Below are positions 1-13,649 of a stretch of DNA of 64,000 bases, piece after piece. The notes beneath the pieces are model-generated. The model did not search any database and was not told the origin of the DNA. It saw nothing but the letters and a program-made list of their open reading frames with translations. Origin of the DNA: Octopus vulgaris (Eukaryota); contig OX597818.1 in the NCBI GenBank assembly GCA_951406725.2, forward strand, positions 107,880,001-107,944,000, in the 5' to 3' direction. Positions within the stretch are counted from its first letter, which is position 1; each line of letters begins with the position of its first letter. The position numbers and the translations under genes were made by a program.

Positions 1-7
1 GTGCAAG

Positions 8-220
8 ATCATCATCATCATCATCATCATCATCATTGTTTAATGTCTGCTTTCCATGCTAGCATGGGTTGGACAGTGTGAATTAGGACTAGCAAGCCAG
101 GAGGCTACACCAGACTCCAATCTGATCTGGCAAGGTTTCTAACACCAACCACACCGAGAGTGTAGTGGGTTCTTTTTACATGCCATCAGCACAGGAACCT
201 GTCAAGCAACACTGGCATGT
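8..220 (-). mobile_element. Non-autonomous retroposon 3' end with RTE-like tail and (GAT)n terminus
   Basis: (CAT)n then GTTTAATGTCTGCTTTCCATGCTAGCATGGGTTGGAC. The same module recurs at ~16190-16325, ~20495-20800 and ~48612-48780. Confidence 0.7.
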
Positions 221-224
<4 letters not shown>

Positions 225-274
<50 letters not shown>

Positions 275-627
275 TATATTATATTATATTATATTATATT
301 ATATATATATATATATATTATATTATATATATATATTATATTATATTATATTATATATATATATATTATATTATATATATATTATATTATATTATATATA
401 TATTTTATTATATTATATATATTATATTATATTATATATATATTATATTATATTATATTATATATTATATTATATTATATTATATTATATTATATATTTC
501 TTATTCTTATATACTATCTGTTTGTTATTCTGAGTTGTTATGAAAAGGTGTTTTGGAGAAATTTTTATAGCTTAAATATATTTACATACATATGTGTGTG
601 TAAATATATATATATATATATACATAC

Positions 628-704
<77 letters not shown>

Positions 705-740
705 CCATCATCATCATCATCATCATCACATATATATATA
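225..740. repeat. Compound microsatellite: (TA)n, (ATATT)n, (TG)n, (CAT)n
   Basis: Visible directly; source of the Y/I-rich spurious ORFs. Confidence 0.95.
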
Positions 741-2087
741 TTATATGTGTAAATAAAAAGAAAAAGAAGGAAAACCATATTCCTCTGAATATAATATATA
801 CTTCTGAACTACTGTAACGTGTATCTAAAGTTCATTTATTATAGCGAACAACGTTAAAGTTGTGTTAATGCCATTTAGCTGAAGTAGTAGAAATATGGAG
901 ACCATTTTAATTTAATGTATTACCACTGGTCTAGATGAAAAATGGCATAAGCAGGTGCAAGCAGAATGTAGAAATAAAGGTGAGTAGATAATATATTGCC
1001 ATAGGAACTTTTGAATAATTAATAGATCTGAGTTATGATATTGCTAATATGATGTAGGTAGAATAAAAGACGAAAATAATAACTCTTAGTTGGCTTGAGT
1101 TGACTAAAGTTTACCAACATAAAGATATATGTGAGCGTGTGTGTATGTATATATACACATACACACACACATACGTGCACACACATATAAGTATAATTAT
1201 AAACATCACCGAATAAAGGATTCCTAAACAGAACTGTATTCTTATTTCTAAGAATTGATTGTAACTTCAGAGTTTCACTGAGACAGGTTTTCTGAGGAGT
1301 TTGAAATTTTGAAAGTCATTGGTATTCTATGTATGTATGTATGTGCAACCATAGATAGATAGATAAATAGATAGAGAGACACACAGACAGACAAATAGAT
1401 AGATAGATAGATATTTATACATACTTACATATATACATAGATACACACATATGTGAATGTATGTGTTATTCATTTTTAAATACGGACAACAATATTCATA
1501 CTCCTACACACAGTTAATTTTGCATCAGAAATCATAACCCCACCCACTAAATGTTTAATACCAATATTCTTGATAAACACCAACCAATCACATTCAAGTG
1601 TTCCTCCCTGGAACCAGCCTACTGCTTCTTACTCATCTTGGCTTCTTGAAATTCTCTAGCTCTATCTAAATAGACATTTAATGAGTGGTATTCTTCATAT
1701 AGGTTCATCTAATCACAAACACATTAACTCTTTCTCTTAATAAAAACTGTGTGTGAAAGTTCAAACTTGCCTTTCTTCTCTGAACCTAAGAACTGTAATA
1801 TTCTAATTGCTTTCCTTTTCTAATTAGAAGATCTCAACAAATAAATTGGTCTACAGATTTTCCACTGATGAAATAGCTTACCTTAAATTATATACTTTTA
1901 TGATATTAAGTGATCGGCTGATTTGATTTGATTCTTTTTAATAGAGGAAGATCTGGTCTCCAACGGAGACACAAAACTTCTTCATTAGAATTTAGACTGT
2001 CACCGAGGTAGTCACCTATGGATGTATATACATAGTCATGTATGTATATTAGAGTATGTATGCATCTGTGCATACACACGTGCACAT

Positions 2088-2129
<42 letters not shown>

Positions 2130-2978
2130 CTGTAATCTTGGATTCCATTGCATGTGCAAAACTGTATGCTATGTCTTAGGGATGTTTATTCCTGTGTATC
2201 GTGCTCTTATAACTTGCTAAATGTCTGGAATGTTTTAAATATTTTCACAGTTCCATTAATGGTTTGTAATTATAGGTACCTAATTAGCCATGTCACTTTT
2301 GATTTTACGAAACCCAGCACCTCAAGGTTGGTATTGAAAGAGTTATATACTCGAATACCCCAATAGTTTCAGGTACAAATCTAAAGCTATCGTTCAGGTC
2401 TCGTTTGTACAAATGTTTCATTAGTATAACACAAATGTTTTCTTTTTCATTTAACCTTAAAATGATGCTGGTAAGGGAAAGGGATTTCTCTTACCAGACC
2501 CTTTTTTTTTTCTGTGTTCCAGATCATTGTACCTGGTCTCTTACATTTACTGTGGTTTAAAAAGAAATATTTTCCTAATATTCTTTCATTTTAGGAATGA
2601 CCCTCCACATTACTTTAACTTTTTATATTTTGATCTTCAGGACTCATTTCAACAGATTGCTTTTGCCATGACATCATACCTCATAAGTAATTGGTACCCT
2701 GATGGCATTTTCAGACAGTTGTATAAGACATCAGTGACATCTTTGATTTTAGTTCAATAAGGTCTCCACCAGTGTCTTCACATCTAAATGTTTCTCCTAC
2801 ATTTTTATCCCTTTTGTGCATCAGTTACTTTGTTGTTGTTTCCTGTTCCTGGATTCCAAAAGCAAGCCCTTCAAAGTGAGAGTGAATATTCCAGTTGTTG
2901 GGCCAACATAGATAATCTATATCATTATCCCTTTGAAGTGTCTGACATCATAGTTCTTTATAAACAGCTTCTGATACA

Positions 2979-3504
2979 TGAGGTCTGATCAAAAAATATT
3001 GGTGCCATGGTAACGGAGCTAAACTATGCAGAATGAAGCTGTTTGGTACAGATTGACCTTCAACTCTGTCACACATGCCCACTATAATTATGATGTTCTT
3101 GCCATTTCTATCCCTGCTTGGAAGTCAAATATGTAGTGCATGGTCATTGCATGTGTCCAGTGAGTGGCAACTCCACCCTGAAAATGAACGTGTCCATTTA
3201 GTGCAGGTTTTGCCCAAGCACACCATTCCCCAGTTCTAACAATCACCATATTCCTCAGATTACACCCCTTGTGACTTGTTCCTTTTTCCAAAAATCAAAC
3301 CCCACAAATGCCACTCACCAGATACACACTCAACACAGTTTACTCCCAAACACTGCTATAAACAATGGAAGAGAGCAAGAATGTTGTAACTTCGTGTCTA
3401 TGGGCAACAGGGTTCAAAGTCAATCCGTGCTGAGTGGTTTTACTCTGCATATTTTAGATCCATTACCATAGCAACAGTCTCATTACGTTTTGACCAAAGC
3501 CTTG
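2979..3504 (+). mobile_element. Internally deleted mariner (Tc1/mariner) element
   Basis: Left end TGAGGTCTGATCAAAAA, degenerate inverted right end TTTTGACCAAAGCCTTG. Bases ~3240-3300 translate QSPYSSDYTPCDLFLFPKIK, the mariner PYSPDLAPCDFFLFPK motif. Same TIR family as the end at 59609. Confidence 0.75.
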
Positions 3505-4438
3505 CATAGATACATACATATCAAGGATATAATCCTTGATAGTGTAGTGGTCACGTGGGAGAGCAGGGTCTAATTCTCTGACAGGGAGGCTTTTCCTTTG
3601 TTATATTTTCTTTGTTACAACTTGCAATGACTGAACATATTTTCATCTATTCTTAAGTACTCATATCATTCCACATAATATATTAGAGAAATAGTCAAGA
3701 CTTAGGTAGGGATATTAAATTATTGACTAGTAGTGTTCCCTCATTATTTCATACTCGTGTAGGAACATTTATGCTGAACAAACTCATTCCTGTATTATTT
3801 AAAAATAATAACTGGCTCAAGACTTTTCTTCATGCTTTCCATTTTTTTAGCAGAAAGTCTTGCATTGTTTATAAAGAAGTTATGATATGTCTGACTTGCA
3901 TGTCTGTCTTCTTGTCATTTAGGTATCCTTTGGGTTTCTTTTGAAAAGAAAAAGATAAGGAGTTTCCTGAGAGTACAAACAGCATGAGAGAGATATAACT
4001 TATTTGAAATATACTTGTGCCATACTATGTCCCCTGTCAGTAACCCTACAATCGCTTCCCAGTGAAGATCTTATAAATCTTTGTGAAGTGTGGTTGGAAA
4101 AAGAATCTTTCCTTGAAGCGTTTCACTAAAAATACATTTTGCTTCTTTATAATCTTTGCTTTTCCTCTTTGTAGTACACTTGATAGCTTTACTGCTGCTA
4201 CAATCACCGATATGTTATTGTAGGTGGTCACCCTGACCATAAGATCACATGTTAGAAGTAAGAAACTGGTTTATTCTGAAACATGGTATCATCATTATCA
4301 TCATCATCATTTTAATGTCCACTTTTCCATGTTTGCATGGATCAGACAGAGTTTATTGAGATGGATTTTCTACAGTTAGGTCTGTTTCCTGTTGTTAATC
4401 CTCCTCTGTTTCCAATCAAGGGTAATACTTTCCCATTT

Positions 4439-4744
4439 TTGTTGTTTGTTCCTTCTTGAGCCATGCCTGGCTCATAAGGGCCGGTTTCCCGGTTCCATTG
4501 GCATATAGGTTCCTCACCTGGACTGGACACTGGTCTGTTGCAATAAGCTGCATGATGCAGGAGGAAAGAGTGAAAGAAAGTTGTGGCGAAAGAGTTAGCA
4601 GAAGTTCACCATTACCTTCTGCTGGAGCCGTGTGGAGCTTAGGTGTTTCGCTCATAAACACACACATTGCCCAGTCTGAGATTCGAACCCGCAATCCCTT
4701 GACAGCCAGTCCACTGCTCTAACCACTAGGCCATGTGCCTCCAC
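4439..4744 (-). mobile_element. tRNA-derived SINE, family A
   Basis: Reverse strand begins GTGGAGGCACATGGCCTAGTGGTTAGAGCAG...GGGTTCGAATC (A and B boxes) and ends GAACAAACAACAA. A close second copy lies at 36615-36922 (+). Confidence 0.85.
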
Positions 4745-5719
4745 AATATTTTCTCATTGCCAGATGTGTTCTTGCAGAATATTGGAAATATACAACACTG
4801 GGTGTGACAGTGGCACTCATTTATAATTGTCATGCAATGGCAAGAAAAGGAGGCACACACACACAATGGGCTTCTTTCACTTTCTGTCTCAAATCACAAA
4901 AGTTTGGTTGGTCTGGGTTTATAGAAGGTACTTGCCCAAGGAGCCATGCAGTGGGATCGAACCTGAAACCATGTGCACTGGAAGCAAACTTCCTACCACT
5001 CTGCCACGCCTGCTTTGTTATAAGCAAATTTAATTTAAAAGAATGTTTGTGTCGTGTTATTTGTGCAACCTTCACTCTTTTGAGAATAAAATTACCTTAG
5101 GCACCTTCCAGAGCAAAATTACCATCATCAACCACCTCTTGTGTTCTACAAAAGTAGTTTGTTGGTATAGTTTCTAGAATATGGTTATTTCGTCATGAAA
5201 GGATTTAGTTCTGAGTTCATTCCAGTATAGGTTTATTCTATTTATAAAGCCAACAGGAATTTTTTTGCCATTTATAATGATTAAGATATCCAAAACTCCA
5301 AGAAAAATGCACTTTATAGTTTTGGTTTCTTGAATAATTGCAACCAAAGAGATTCTGGTTTCCTTGCTTCATGTTGCGTTCCTTCAATTCTTCTTTTGTG
5401 TTGTTGAATTTGTTGTATCAAACCGTGTTGCTTGTAGCAACTCTCAGCATGTCGATGCCAAGTTTGAGATACCATTATCATCTTGAATAAAAGGTTTCTT
5501 CATTAAATGCAATCAGAACATTAACCAGTCGTTTAACGAGGCTGAGAATTGTGGGTGGAGGGGAGTTGCTGGGTCAATTTCCGAAAAAACAGTACCAAAA
5601 CAATTTTCCAAAAGTAGGGGATTGTTTTCAAAAGGAACCAAAATTGGAACATTTTGGAAGTACATTAAACGACTATAAAGATGGTCTGTTCTTTTCTATT
5701 ATCGCTTATCTTTTGTCTT

Positions 5720-6080
5720 TTGTTTCCACCTTTAGATTGTGGCCATGCTAGGGCCTCACCTGCAAGAGGTTTAGTCGAATGAATTGATCCCAGCACTTAT
5801 TTTTTTTTAAACCTGGTACTTATTCTATCAGTCTCCTTTGCAGAACCAGAAAGCTATGGGGACATAAATACACCAACACTGGTTCCTAAGTGGTGGTAGG
5901 GGACAAATACATACAACACATATACGACAGGCTTCTTTCAGTTTCCTTTTATTAAATCCACTCACAAGTCTTTGGTCAGCTGAGGCTATAAGTAAAAGAT
6001 ATTTTCCCAAGGTGTCATGCAGTAGGACTGAACCCAGAACCATGTTGTTGGGAAGTAAGCTTCTTATCATACAGTCATGT
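5720..6080 (-). mobile_element. tRNA-derived SINE, family B
   Basis: Shares AAATCCACTCACAAG...CCCAAGGTG...GGACTGAACCC with the copies at 6953, 8518, 33722 and 45146. Confidence 0.8.
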
Positions 6081-6952
6081 CAAATTTATTTCATAATTGT
6101 AAATGATGTTCAATAGAATTCTTGTCTTTCAAAATTAAAATTTCAATTTTTTAAGAATTTTAATTCCTTCTTCACTTCTACCTGAGTCATACAATATGGA
6201 TTTCTTCTCTGCAAACCACCTGCTGTTACGCTCTCCCTGAGTTTCTTTCCACTGGAATCATTCGCATAAAATCTTAGCAGCAAATATTTTGTTCCTTAGA
6301 TTCTACTTTAAACTATACAATTGACAAAACTAGATCTAACACCATCTTCTTTCCTAGTGTAGCTTTGGTGGTGCTTACTCTTGAAAACACTATTTCATTG
6401 CTTCAAGACATTTTGTCTCTAAGCAATGTCAATGCAGATTTTGACATATCTGTAAATCCCAGTTCATGAGTTGCATTCATAAGTGGTGCCAGTTTACACC
6501 AAAATTTTGACTGAACTGAAATTTCTTCAGGAAATATGCTTTCTCAATCAAATGCCAGCTGTTTGTACCATTGGTTTTCTATTTCTCTAGTTTTAGACTG
6601 ATTAGGCAAAGCTGTAGGGAAAACAACAAAAGGTGGGTGAGAATGAAAATAATTCTTGGGGAAAACAGTTTAATCTTTTGAAGGATTTATTAATGTATGG
6701 TGCAAGAATTCTTCACAAACCTGTCTCAAAAAGCTTAGGCAAATTTAATATAGTATTTTGTTGATCTTGAGAAATTTGATATTTTAATGATTAAAAGATT
6801 AGGGAACTCATATCCAATATCAATAGGTTCTCACAAGAGGGACTAAATTTGTTCTAAAATTCATAAATAGTCGATGTAAAATTCTTCTTAGCACAGATAC
6901 CACAAATCTACATAGTTTATCTACATAGTTTATCACAAATCTACATAGTTTA

Positions 6953-7375
6953 TTGCTGTGTGGTAAGAAGCTTGCTTTCTAACCACATGGATCCAGGTTC
7001 AGTCCCACTGTATGGTATTTTGGGCAAGTGTCTTCTACTATAGCCTTAGGCCAACCAAAGCCTTGTGAGTGGATTTGGTTGACAGAAACTGAAAGAAGCT
7101 CATCATAAAAATGTGAGTGTATGTATGTGTGTGAGAGAGAGAGTGAGTGCACGTGTGTTTGTATGTGTGTGTGTGTGTGTGTGTGTTTTTATGCGTGTTT
7201 GTTCCTTACCACTGCTTAACAGCCAGTGTTTACATCCCTGTAACTTAGCAATTTGGCAAAAGAGACTAATAGAATAAGTACCAACCATATAATAAAACAC
7301 ATTAACTCAACTAAAAATTCTTCATGATGCTGCCCCAGCATGGCCACACTCTACTGACTGAAACCAGAAAAATAC
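6953..7375 (+). mobile_element. tRNA-derived SINE, family B
   Basis: GCTGTGTGGTAAGAAGCTTGC...GGTTCAGTCCCACTG head, internal (TG)n, CCCCAGCATGGCCAC...GACTGAAAC tail. Confidence 0.85.
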
Positions 7376-7449
7376 AAGAGATAAAGACCTTAAAAAACTA
7401 TGATCTACCATTTTTATCTACTTTTTCTTTTTTGACCAGTAAATTAATT

Positions 7450-7740
7450 CTTAATGTCACCAAAGTTTAGAAACTCCATCTGTTGTATCAGTGAGACGAT
7501 CTCTGATGTTAATCCCGATATTGCTCAACAATTTGCTCGCAGCCTGATGCAACAGTCCATCTGCAGCATTTGCAATGAGAATTAACTCTGGCACAATTTT
7601 ATTCTACCATTTATTACAATATCCAGCATGCATGCAGAGAAGCTTTTTACAAGCAATATTAGTTGACTTATCCAAATTCAAGAAGACCTGACCATTATTA
7701 TGTCATCAACTTGTTCATCCAGTAAGGAATGGAACAATAA
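7450..7740 (-). mobile_element. Highly decayed hAT transposase fragment
   Basis: Minus-strand pieces FHSLLDEQVDD and ELILIANAADGLLHQAASKLLSNIGINIRDRLTDTTDGVS resemble the hAT DESTD and TDGAS catalytic regions. Many stops. Confidence 0.45.
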
Positions 7741-8517
7741 TTGTTTTTTTATAAGCACTGTACATTTGGTTCTATTCGGTTTCAAATTGGTTACAACAGA
7801 TGATGAAAGAATTCTTTCATTAATAATAAGTTCTCCTAAATATTTGATGTGTGACAAGCTACAAATGCTGCTAACTGCAATTCTAATTTTGTTATTTTGC
7901 TTCTGAAAAAATGCTTAGATAATTTATTGAGAATTTCAGTTGATTACAGCATTATTTTGTTATGTTTAACTGATGAAGCATGCTTTATTAAATTAATATT
8001 GTAAGCTCATATTTCAACATTGCACACTTTACTTAAAGCTTTGTTGCTATTCTCGCTCTCTCTCTTTCTCTCTCTCTCTCTCTCCACTCTCTCTCCCCCT
8101 TCTCTTTCCCCCTCTTTCTCCCCCCTACCCTCACCCTTCTATTTGAAAATTGATATCTGTTAGCCAGGATTTTTTTCAAGTATTTTGACTATTTGCTCAT
8201 TGCAGAAATGGAGTTTTTGGAATAATCGAGATTTATTTGAAAAATAATTAGTTTGTTCAGACATGCATCATGTCTGAGTAACTCCTACCAACAACTTCTC
8301 ATTCACTTAATTATGCCAGAGAGCCTCTTCGTGGTTTGTGAACATGCTAGAAATAGCTTGCCTTTCAAGAAATAGCAGCCAAATATTCTTTAGTGCATAC
8401 CCTTCCATTTTAAATGAAGAACAATACGTTGAAACAATTTTTATTATCCCTCTACCTTTAAGATAATGTATGAATCATCATCATCATCATCATCATCATC
8501 ATGAGTATTCTGTTTTG

Positions 8518-8915
8518 CTGTTTTACTTGTTTCAGTCATTTGACTGCGGCCATGCTGGAGCACCGCCTTTAGTCGAGCAAACCAACCCCAGGACTTATTC
8601 TTTGTAAGCCTAGTACTTATTCTATTGGTCTCTTTTACTGAACTGCTAAGTTACGGGGACGTAAACACACCAGCATCGGTTGTCAAGCGATGTTGGGGGG
8701 ACAAACACAGACACACAAACATATACACACACATACATATATATACATACATATATACGTCGGACTTCTTTCAGTTTCCATCTACCAAATCCACTCACAA
8801 GGCTTTGGTCGGCCCAAGGCTATAGTAGAAGACACTTGCCCAAGGTGCCACACAGTGGGACTGAACCTGGAACCACGTGGTTGGTAAGCAAGCTACTTAC
8901 CACACAGCAACTCCT
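8518..8915 (-). mobile_element. tRNA-derived SINE, family B (well preserved)
   Basis: Full head-to-tail match to the other family B copies, with an internal CA/TA microsatellite. Confidence 0.9.
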
Positions 8916-9403
8916 ACACCTATTCATATGAATTTATTGATAAACATTTTGCCCAGCATCAGTATGAACCCAATCTCTTGAGACAAACTTTTGTCAAACT
9001 CTTCTTATGTCAATGCTTACCAGTCAGTATTTCAGGGTTGGACTCAACCATTCTGTAACACATGTGAATGCCATGACTATATATTAATCACTTATAAATT
9101 AGCAAAACGTTTGGAGTTGAAAATTAATTTTATACTGAATTCATGACGAAAATATTTTTAAAATTTCATACAGCTGTAGATTAATTAAACAATATGTTTA
9201 TTACATGTAACGTAATTTCTGGTGCTGTAGCAGCTATTGTATGAAGTAATCAGCATTAAATAATCAATAACGTAACGAATTCCAATGGTTAGTAAAACTT
9301 CATAGAATTTCACATTACTGGTTTTTCTCTGTATTTATGCATAACTTTTGTGAACAGCACTGGTGGTTTGTGTATCAAGTCATTTAAAGACATATTAGTT
9401 ATA

Positions 9404-9970
9404 GTGGCAAGTTGGCGGAAACATTAGCATGCCGGGCAAAATGCTTAGTGGTATTCCATCTGCCGTTTTGTTCTGAGTTCAAATTCCGCCGAGGTTGACT
9501 TTGCCTTTCATCCTTTCAGGGTCGATTAAATAAGTACCAGTTAGGCACTGGGGTCGATGTAATGAACTTAATCCCTTTGTCTGTCCTTGTTTATCCCCTC
9601 TGTGTTTAGCCCCCTGTGGGTAATAAATAAATAAATATATATGTATACTCTTTGAGGGCAGCAAGCTGGCAGAAACATTATCCCCTCTATGTTTAGAGGG
9701 GATAACGTTTATGTTATCCCCTCTATATTTTGCCCCTTGTGGGCAATAAAGAAATAAGAAATGTTAGCACGCTGGGCAAAATGCTTAGCAGTATTTCATC
9801 TGCCATTACGTTCTGAGTTCAAATTCCACCAAGGTCGACTTTGCCTTTCAATCCTTTTGGGGTCGATTAAATAAGTACACTGGGGTCAATGTAATCGACT
9901 TAATCCCTTTGTCTGTCCTTGTTTGTCACCTCTATCTTTAGACCCCTGTGGGCAATAAGGAGAAATAAAT
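9404..9970 (+). mobile_element. Two tandem SINEs, family C
   Basis: Each has GGCA(G/A)CAAG(C/T)TGGC-like head, TTCTGAGTTCAAATTCC, TTTCATCCTTT...GGTCGATTAAATAAGTAC and an AATAAA tail. More copies at ~40245-40670, ~54140-54340 and ~56700-56785 (-). Confidence 0.85.
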
Positions 9971-10204
9971 ATTTATAGCGTCTCCATAATTTCTTTCTTC
10001 CAGCATTCTGCATTCATAATATAAAAAGAGTCAAAATATTTAAGATTATTGTAAAGAAGAATTGATTTAATTGGTGTATATATATTACCTGCTGGCCCCA
10101 AATATAGCATTGATATAAATGTTCAAATAAAACAGAACAGTCGCAAATTGTAAACATCTGAAATTTTTAAGTAACTGCAATGAAAAAAAAATAATAATAA
10201 TAAT

Positions 10205-12660
10205 GTTCGTCCTTCGTGTTCGAAGATGACCATTGACATCATTTGGTGGAATTGCTGCTATGAGACCGGAGGTGGCTGGTGAGGCCTATCCGGGCAAGAA
10301 AGCCCCTCCCACAGGTGGGGCAGAAGTGGGTAGGGGCTGTGCTATTGGTGCAGGTGGCTCTGGCTTTCCGCATCTGGCGTTTCTGTTCTGCTGACTGGAT
10401 CCGTCTCTCCTTGGCTGTCTTTGCTCCTGTGGTGATTGCGCCAGGATGAGCGGTTGGCAGCAAGTGTCTCCCAAGTCTCTGTGCCGATGGAGAAGTCATT
10501 GAGAGAGACTTTGAGACTGTCCTTGAAGCGCTTCTTTTGCCCTCTGACTTTTCGTTTGCCCTGGCTGAGTTCACCGTAGAAGAGCTGTTTTGGGATGCGA
10601 GTGTCGGACATGCGGGAGACGTGGCCTGCCCATCTCAGCTGGGCCTTGCGCATGATCGTGATGGTGCTAGGGAGATCTGCCTGCTTCAGAACTTCCGTGT
10701 CTGGGACTTTCCCCTGCCAGCGGATGTGAAGGAGGTTCCGAAGACACCTGAGGTGGAAGTGGTTTATCTGGCGCTCGTGCCTTCGGTAAGCAGTCCATGT
10801 CTCGCAGCCGTATAGTAGGGTGGTAAGCACGACTGCCCGGTAGACTTTCAGCTTGGTGTTGAGGCTGATTCCCTCCGCTCCCAGACTTTCTTTCACAGTC
10901 TCCCAAATGCGCTGCTTGCCTTGGAGATTCTGTTGATGATTTCAGCATCTATGTTGGCATTGCAGGAGAGAGTGCTGCCCAGGTAGGTGAAGTTTTCCAC
11001 CGCTCATAGGATCTGTCCATTCACCTTTATCTGAGGCTCATGGTATTGTTTGCCGGGGGGCTGGCTGAAACATCACTTTGGTTTTCTTGACACTGATGGT
11101 GAGACCGAAGTTGTCACAGGCTGATGAGAACCTGTCCATCCCGAGCTGCATCTCCTGCTCATCGATTGCATTAAGGGCGCAGTCGTCAGCAAAGAGAAAG
11201 TCTCTGATGACTGCCTCCCTCCCCTTTATGACGGCCTGCAATCTTCTAGAGTTGAAAAATTTCCCGAGTCATGCAGAGGTGGGGCCGCCCGACTTGAACA
11301 CTTCTGCAGGGATGGCGTCAGAGCCTGGAGCTTTGCCGGTGGACATTTTTTTGATGGCTCTGCTCACTTCCTCGACTGCAGGGGGAACAGCCAGCTCATG
11401 GTTTGTCGGCACCTGGGGGAGTTGTGTGATGACACCACCTGTACGGCAAAGAAGGCTGCTTTCAACAACATTCACAGCACAGTCCGGGCGTTAAAGTCCC
11501 CAAGGAGGATGAGCTTCCCAGGCTGGGCTGACGTGATGAGGGAGTCGAGTTCCTCATAGAACCTGTCCTTAACTTCTTCAGGGTTGGTCATGGTGGGGGC
11601 GTAAGCGCTGATGATGGTCACACTAGTCTTGTTTCCAAGTGGGAGCTGCATCTTCATCAGCCGATCGTTGATACCCTCGGGGGAGCTTTCCAGTTTCTGC
11701 ACGTGTACTGACTTGATGGCAAAACCAACACTAGCCTCACGACGCTCTTTGCTGCTGCGACCACTCCAAAAGAAAGTGTAGCCACCGCCTGTCTCTGTCA
11801 GTTGGCCTTTGTCCGCAAGGCGGGTCTCGCTCAGTGCTGCGATATCAACATTGTATCGGCTCAGTTCTCTGGCCACCAGGGCAGTTCGTCTCTCTGGTCT
11901 GTCCGCTTTGGTGTTGTCAAGCAGAGTTCTCACGTTCCAAGTTGCGAAAGTGAGCACCTCTGTTTGTTTTCTTTTTTTGTTTCGACCGCTTGGAAAGGAT
12001 CCCCACCAGTCACGGTTTGCTGACCAGGGTGAGGTGAGGCAGGCTATGTTTAGGGCAACCTTTTCTAGCCCCGTCCTCATGCTGCGGAGGCGAGCAGAGC
12101 GATCCTGAAGAGGGCTGCTCGGTCACTCAGGAGGCTGCTGGACTCCACTGCTGCCTCAGTTCAGTGAGGGCGACCACATGTCCTGAGCCGCCTGTGGGTG
12201 GCTTCACGACTGCAGCTCCCAGTGTATCCTCACCTGCTATTTCGCCATTTCCCCATCACCACAGGACTTTGTGATGTTGGTGTCATGATGTCATGACTTG
12301 CGCGTGACTTGGATTATAGTGAGGGTGACTTGCACAGGATAAGCCTCACTCTCTCATCCTTGACAAGACGGCTGGGGGTAGACCAGGATGCAGGAGCTGC
12401 CGGAAGGTGGCATGCATGGCACAATCCAACTGCCTTAGGGGCTACACTCTGGATTTATGTAGGTTTTTGGATGGCCATTGACTCATGAGAGAGTTCCTCT
12501 GCCCTTTGACAGGTTTTGTTTTTAGTCCTGCTGGGTGTCCAAATCACCCTCCTTACCAAGAAATCTTGGTGGGGTTGCCAGTTTAGTTGCCAACGACCCG
12601 ACCATGTAACAGGTTGTACTGGGTTACATGTTACCAGTAGCTCCAAGCGGAGACCTGACA
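10205..12660 (-). mobile_element. RTE-clade LINE with both ends but internally deleted and frameshifted
   Basis: APE endonuclease (TFATWNVRTL, DIAALSETR, ISAYAPT, LLGDFNAR), GKAPGSDAIPAE, RT motif LFADDCAL, LLYGCETW, QLRWAGHV and a C-terminal C2H2 finger CPTCGRGFLARIGLTSHLRSH. Ends GGTCATCTTCGAACACGAAGGACGAAC(ATT)n. Long GC-rich 5' UTR. Confidence 0.95.
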
Positions 12661-12935
12661 CATAATAATATCGTTATATGGAATAGCAATATAAGGTGAT
12701 ATAACCTGTGGCCCAATTTGGTGATTCCTTGCCAAAACTTTACCTCTCTTTAATACTTCTCACCTATTCTGTTTTCAAATATCATCAAGGATATCTTCAC
12801 CTCAACTCTAAGGTTATAAAGTTATTTATTTATCTATTTATCTATATACTTGCCTTCTAACTCACTTCTCCCTGTCTGTCTGTCTGTCTGTCTCTTTTCT
12901 CTTTCCCTCTCTCTCTCTTCATTTATACATATATA

Positions 12936-12977
<42 letters not shown>

Positions 12978-13649
12978 CGTGTGTGTTTGTATGTATGTGT
13001 GTGCATATATAAATATATATATATACACACACATATATAGTGTGTGTATTTGTATGCCTGTACGTATGTATATATGTATAAGTATATATCATCAAGGATG
13101 ATGATGATGGTGTGTGTGTGTGTGTGTGTGCATGCATGTGTGTGCGCGTGATTTTGTGTAGCTATTTATGTTTCTAACTTCAATATTCTGAATATAAAGC
13201 CAACAGTTTCAGCTTCCCTTAAAAATATCATTATCTACAAAATGTCAATTGTATATTATCTCGTCAACATAGCTCATTAGTAGATACACACAGATGATAT
13301 ATTACCCTAGAAATTGACTAGGCAATGTATATCTGAAGATCTATGAGATAGAGAATAACTATAAAACAATTCAGTAGAGACAAATACAGAAACATAATCA
13401 GCACTGGGCAGCTGATCTTATCTAGGAAGAAGAAGAAGCAGCCATTGTTCTGATATAATTTAACTAACATATTTATAATATTCAAAATATATAGCTATAT
13501 TTTCAATAAATATTTCAAGAAAAATTAGAAAAGAAAGTCCAGTTATATCTTTTGTTTTAATATTCTCGTAATTATATTCCATATTATGTGTAAATTTATT
13601 TATTAAGTTATTTATGTCAACAGTTGTTTTATATTTTAATATATTGCAT

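Noticed and set aside
4660-4744. tRNA gene
   Set aside because: The A/B boxes belong to a SINE head with a body, a tail and a second copy; no complete cloverleaf was seen.
11480-11495. RTE internal deletion caused by cryptic splicing
   Set aside because: The junction holds an inverted linker fragment, which splicing cannot produce.
12400-12660. HDV-like ribozyme in the RTE 5' UTR
   Set aside because: Only simple hairpins (CATGTAAC/GTTACATG) were found; the nested double pseudoknot could not be built.
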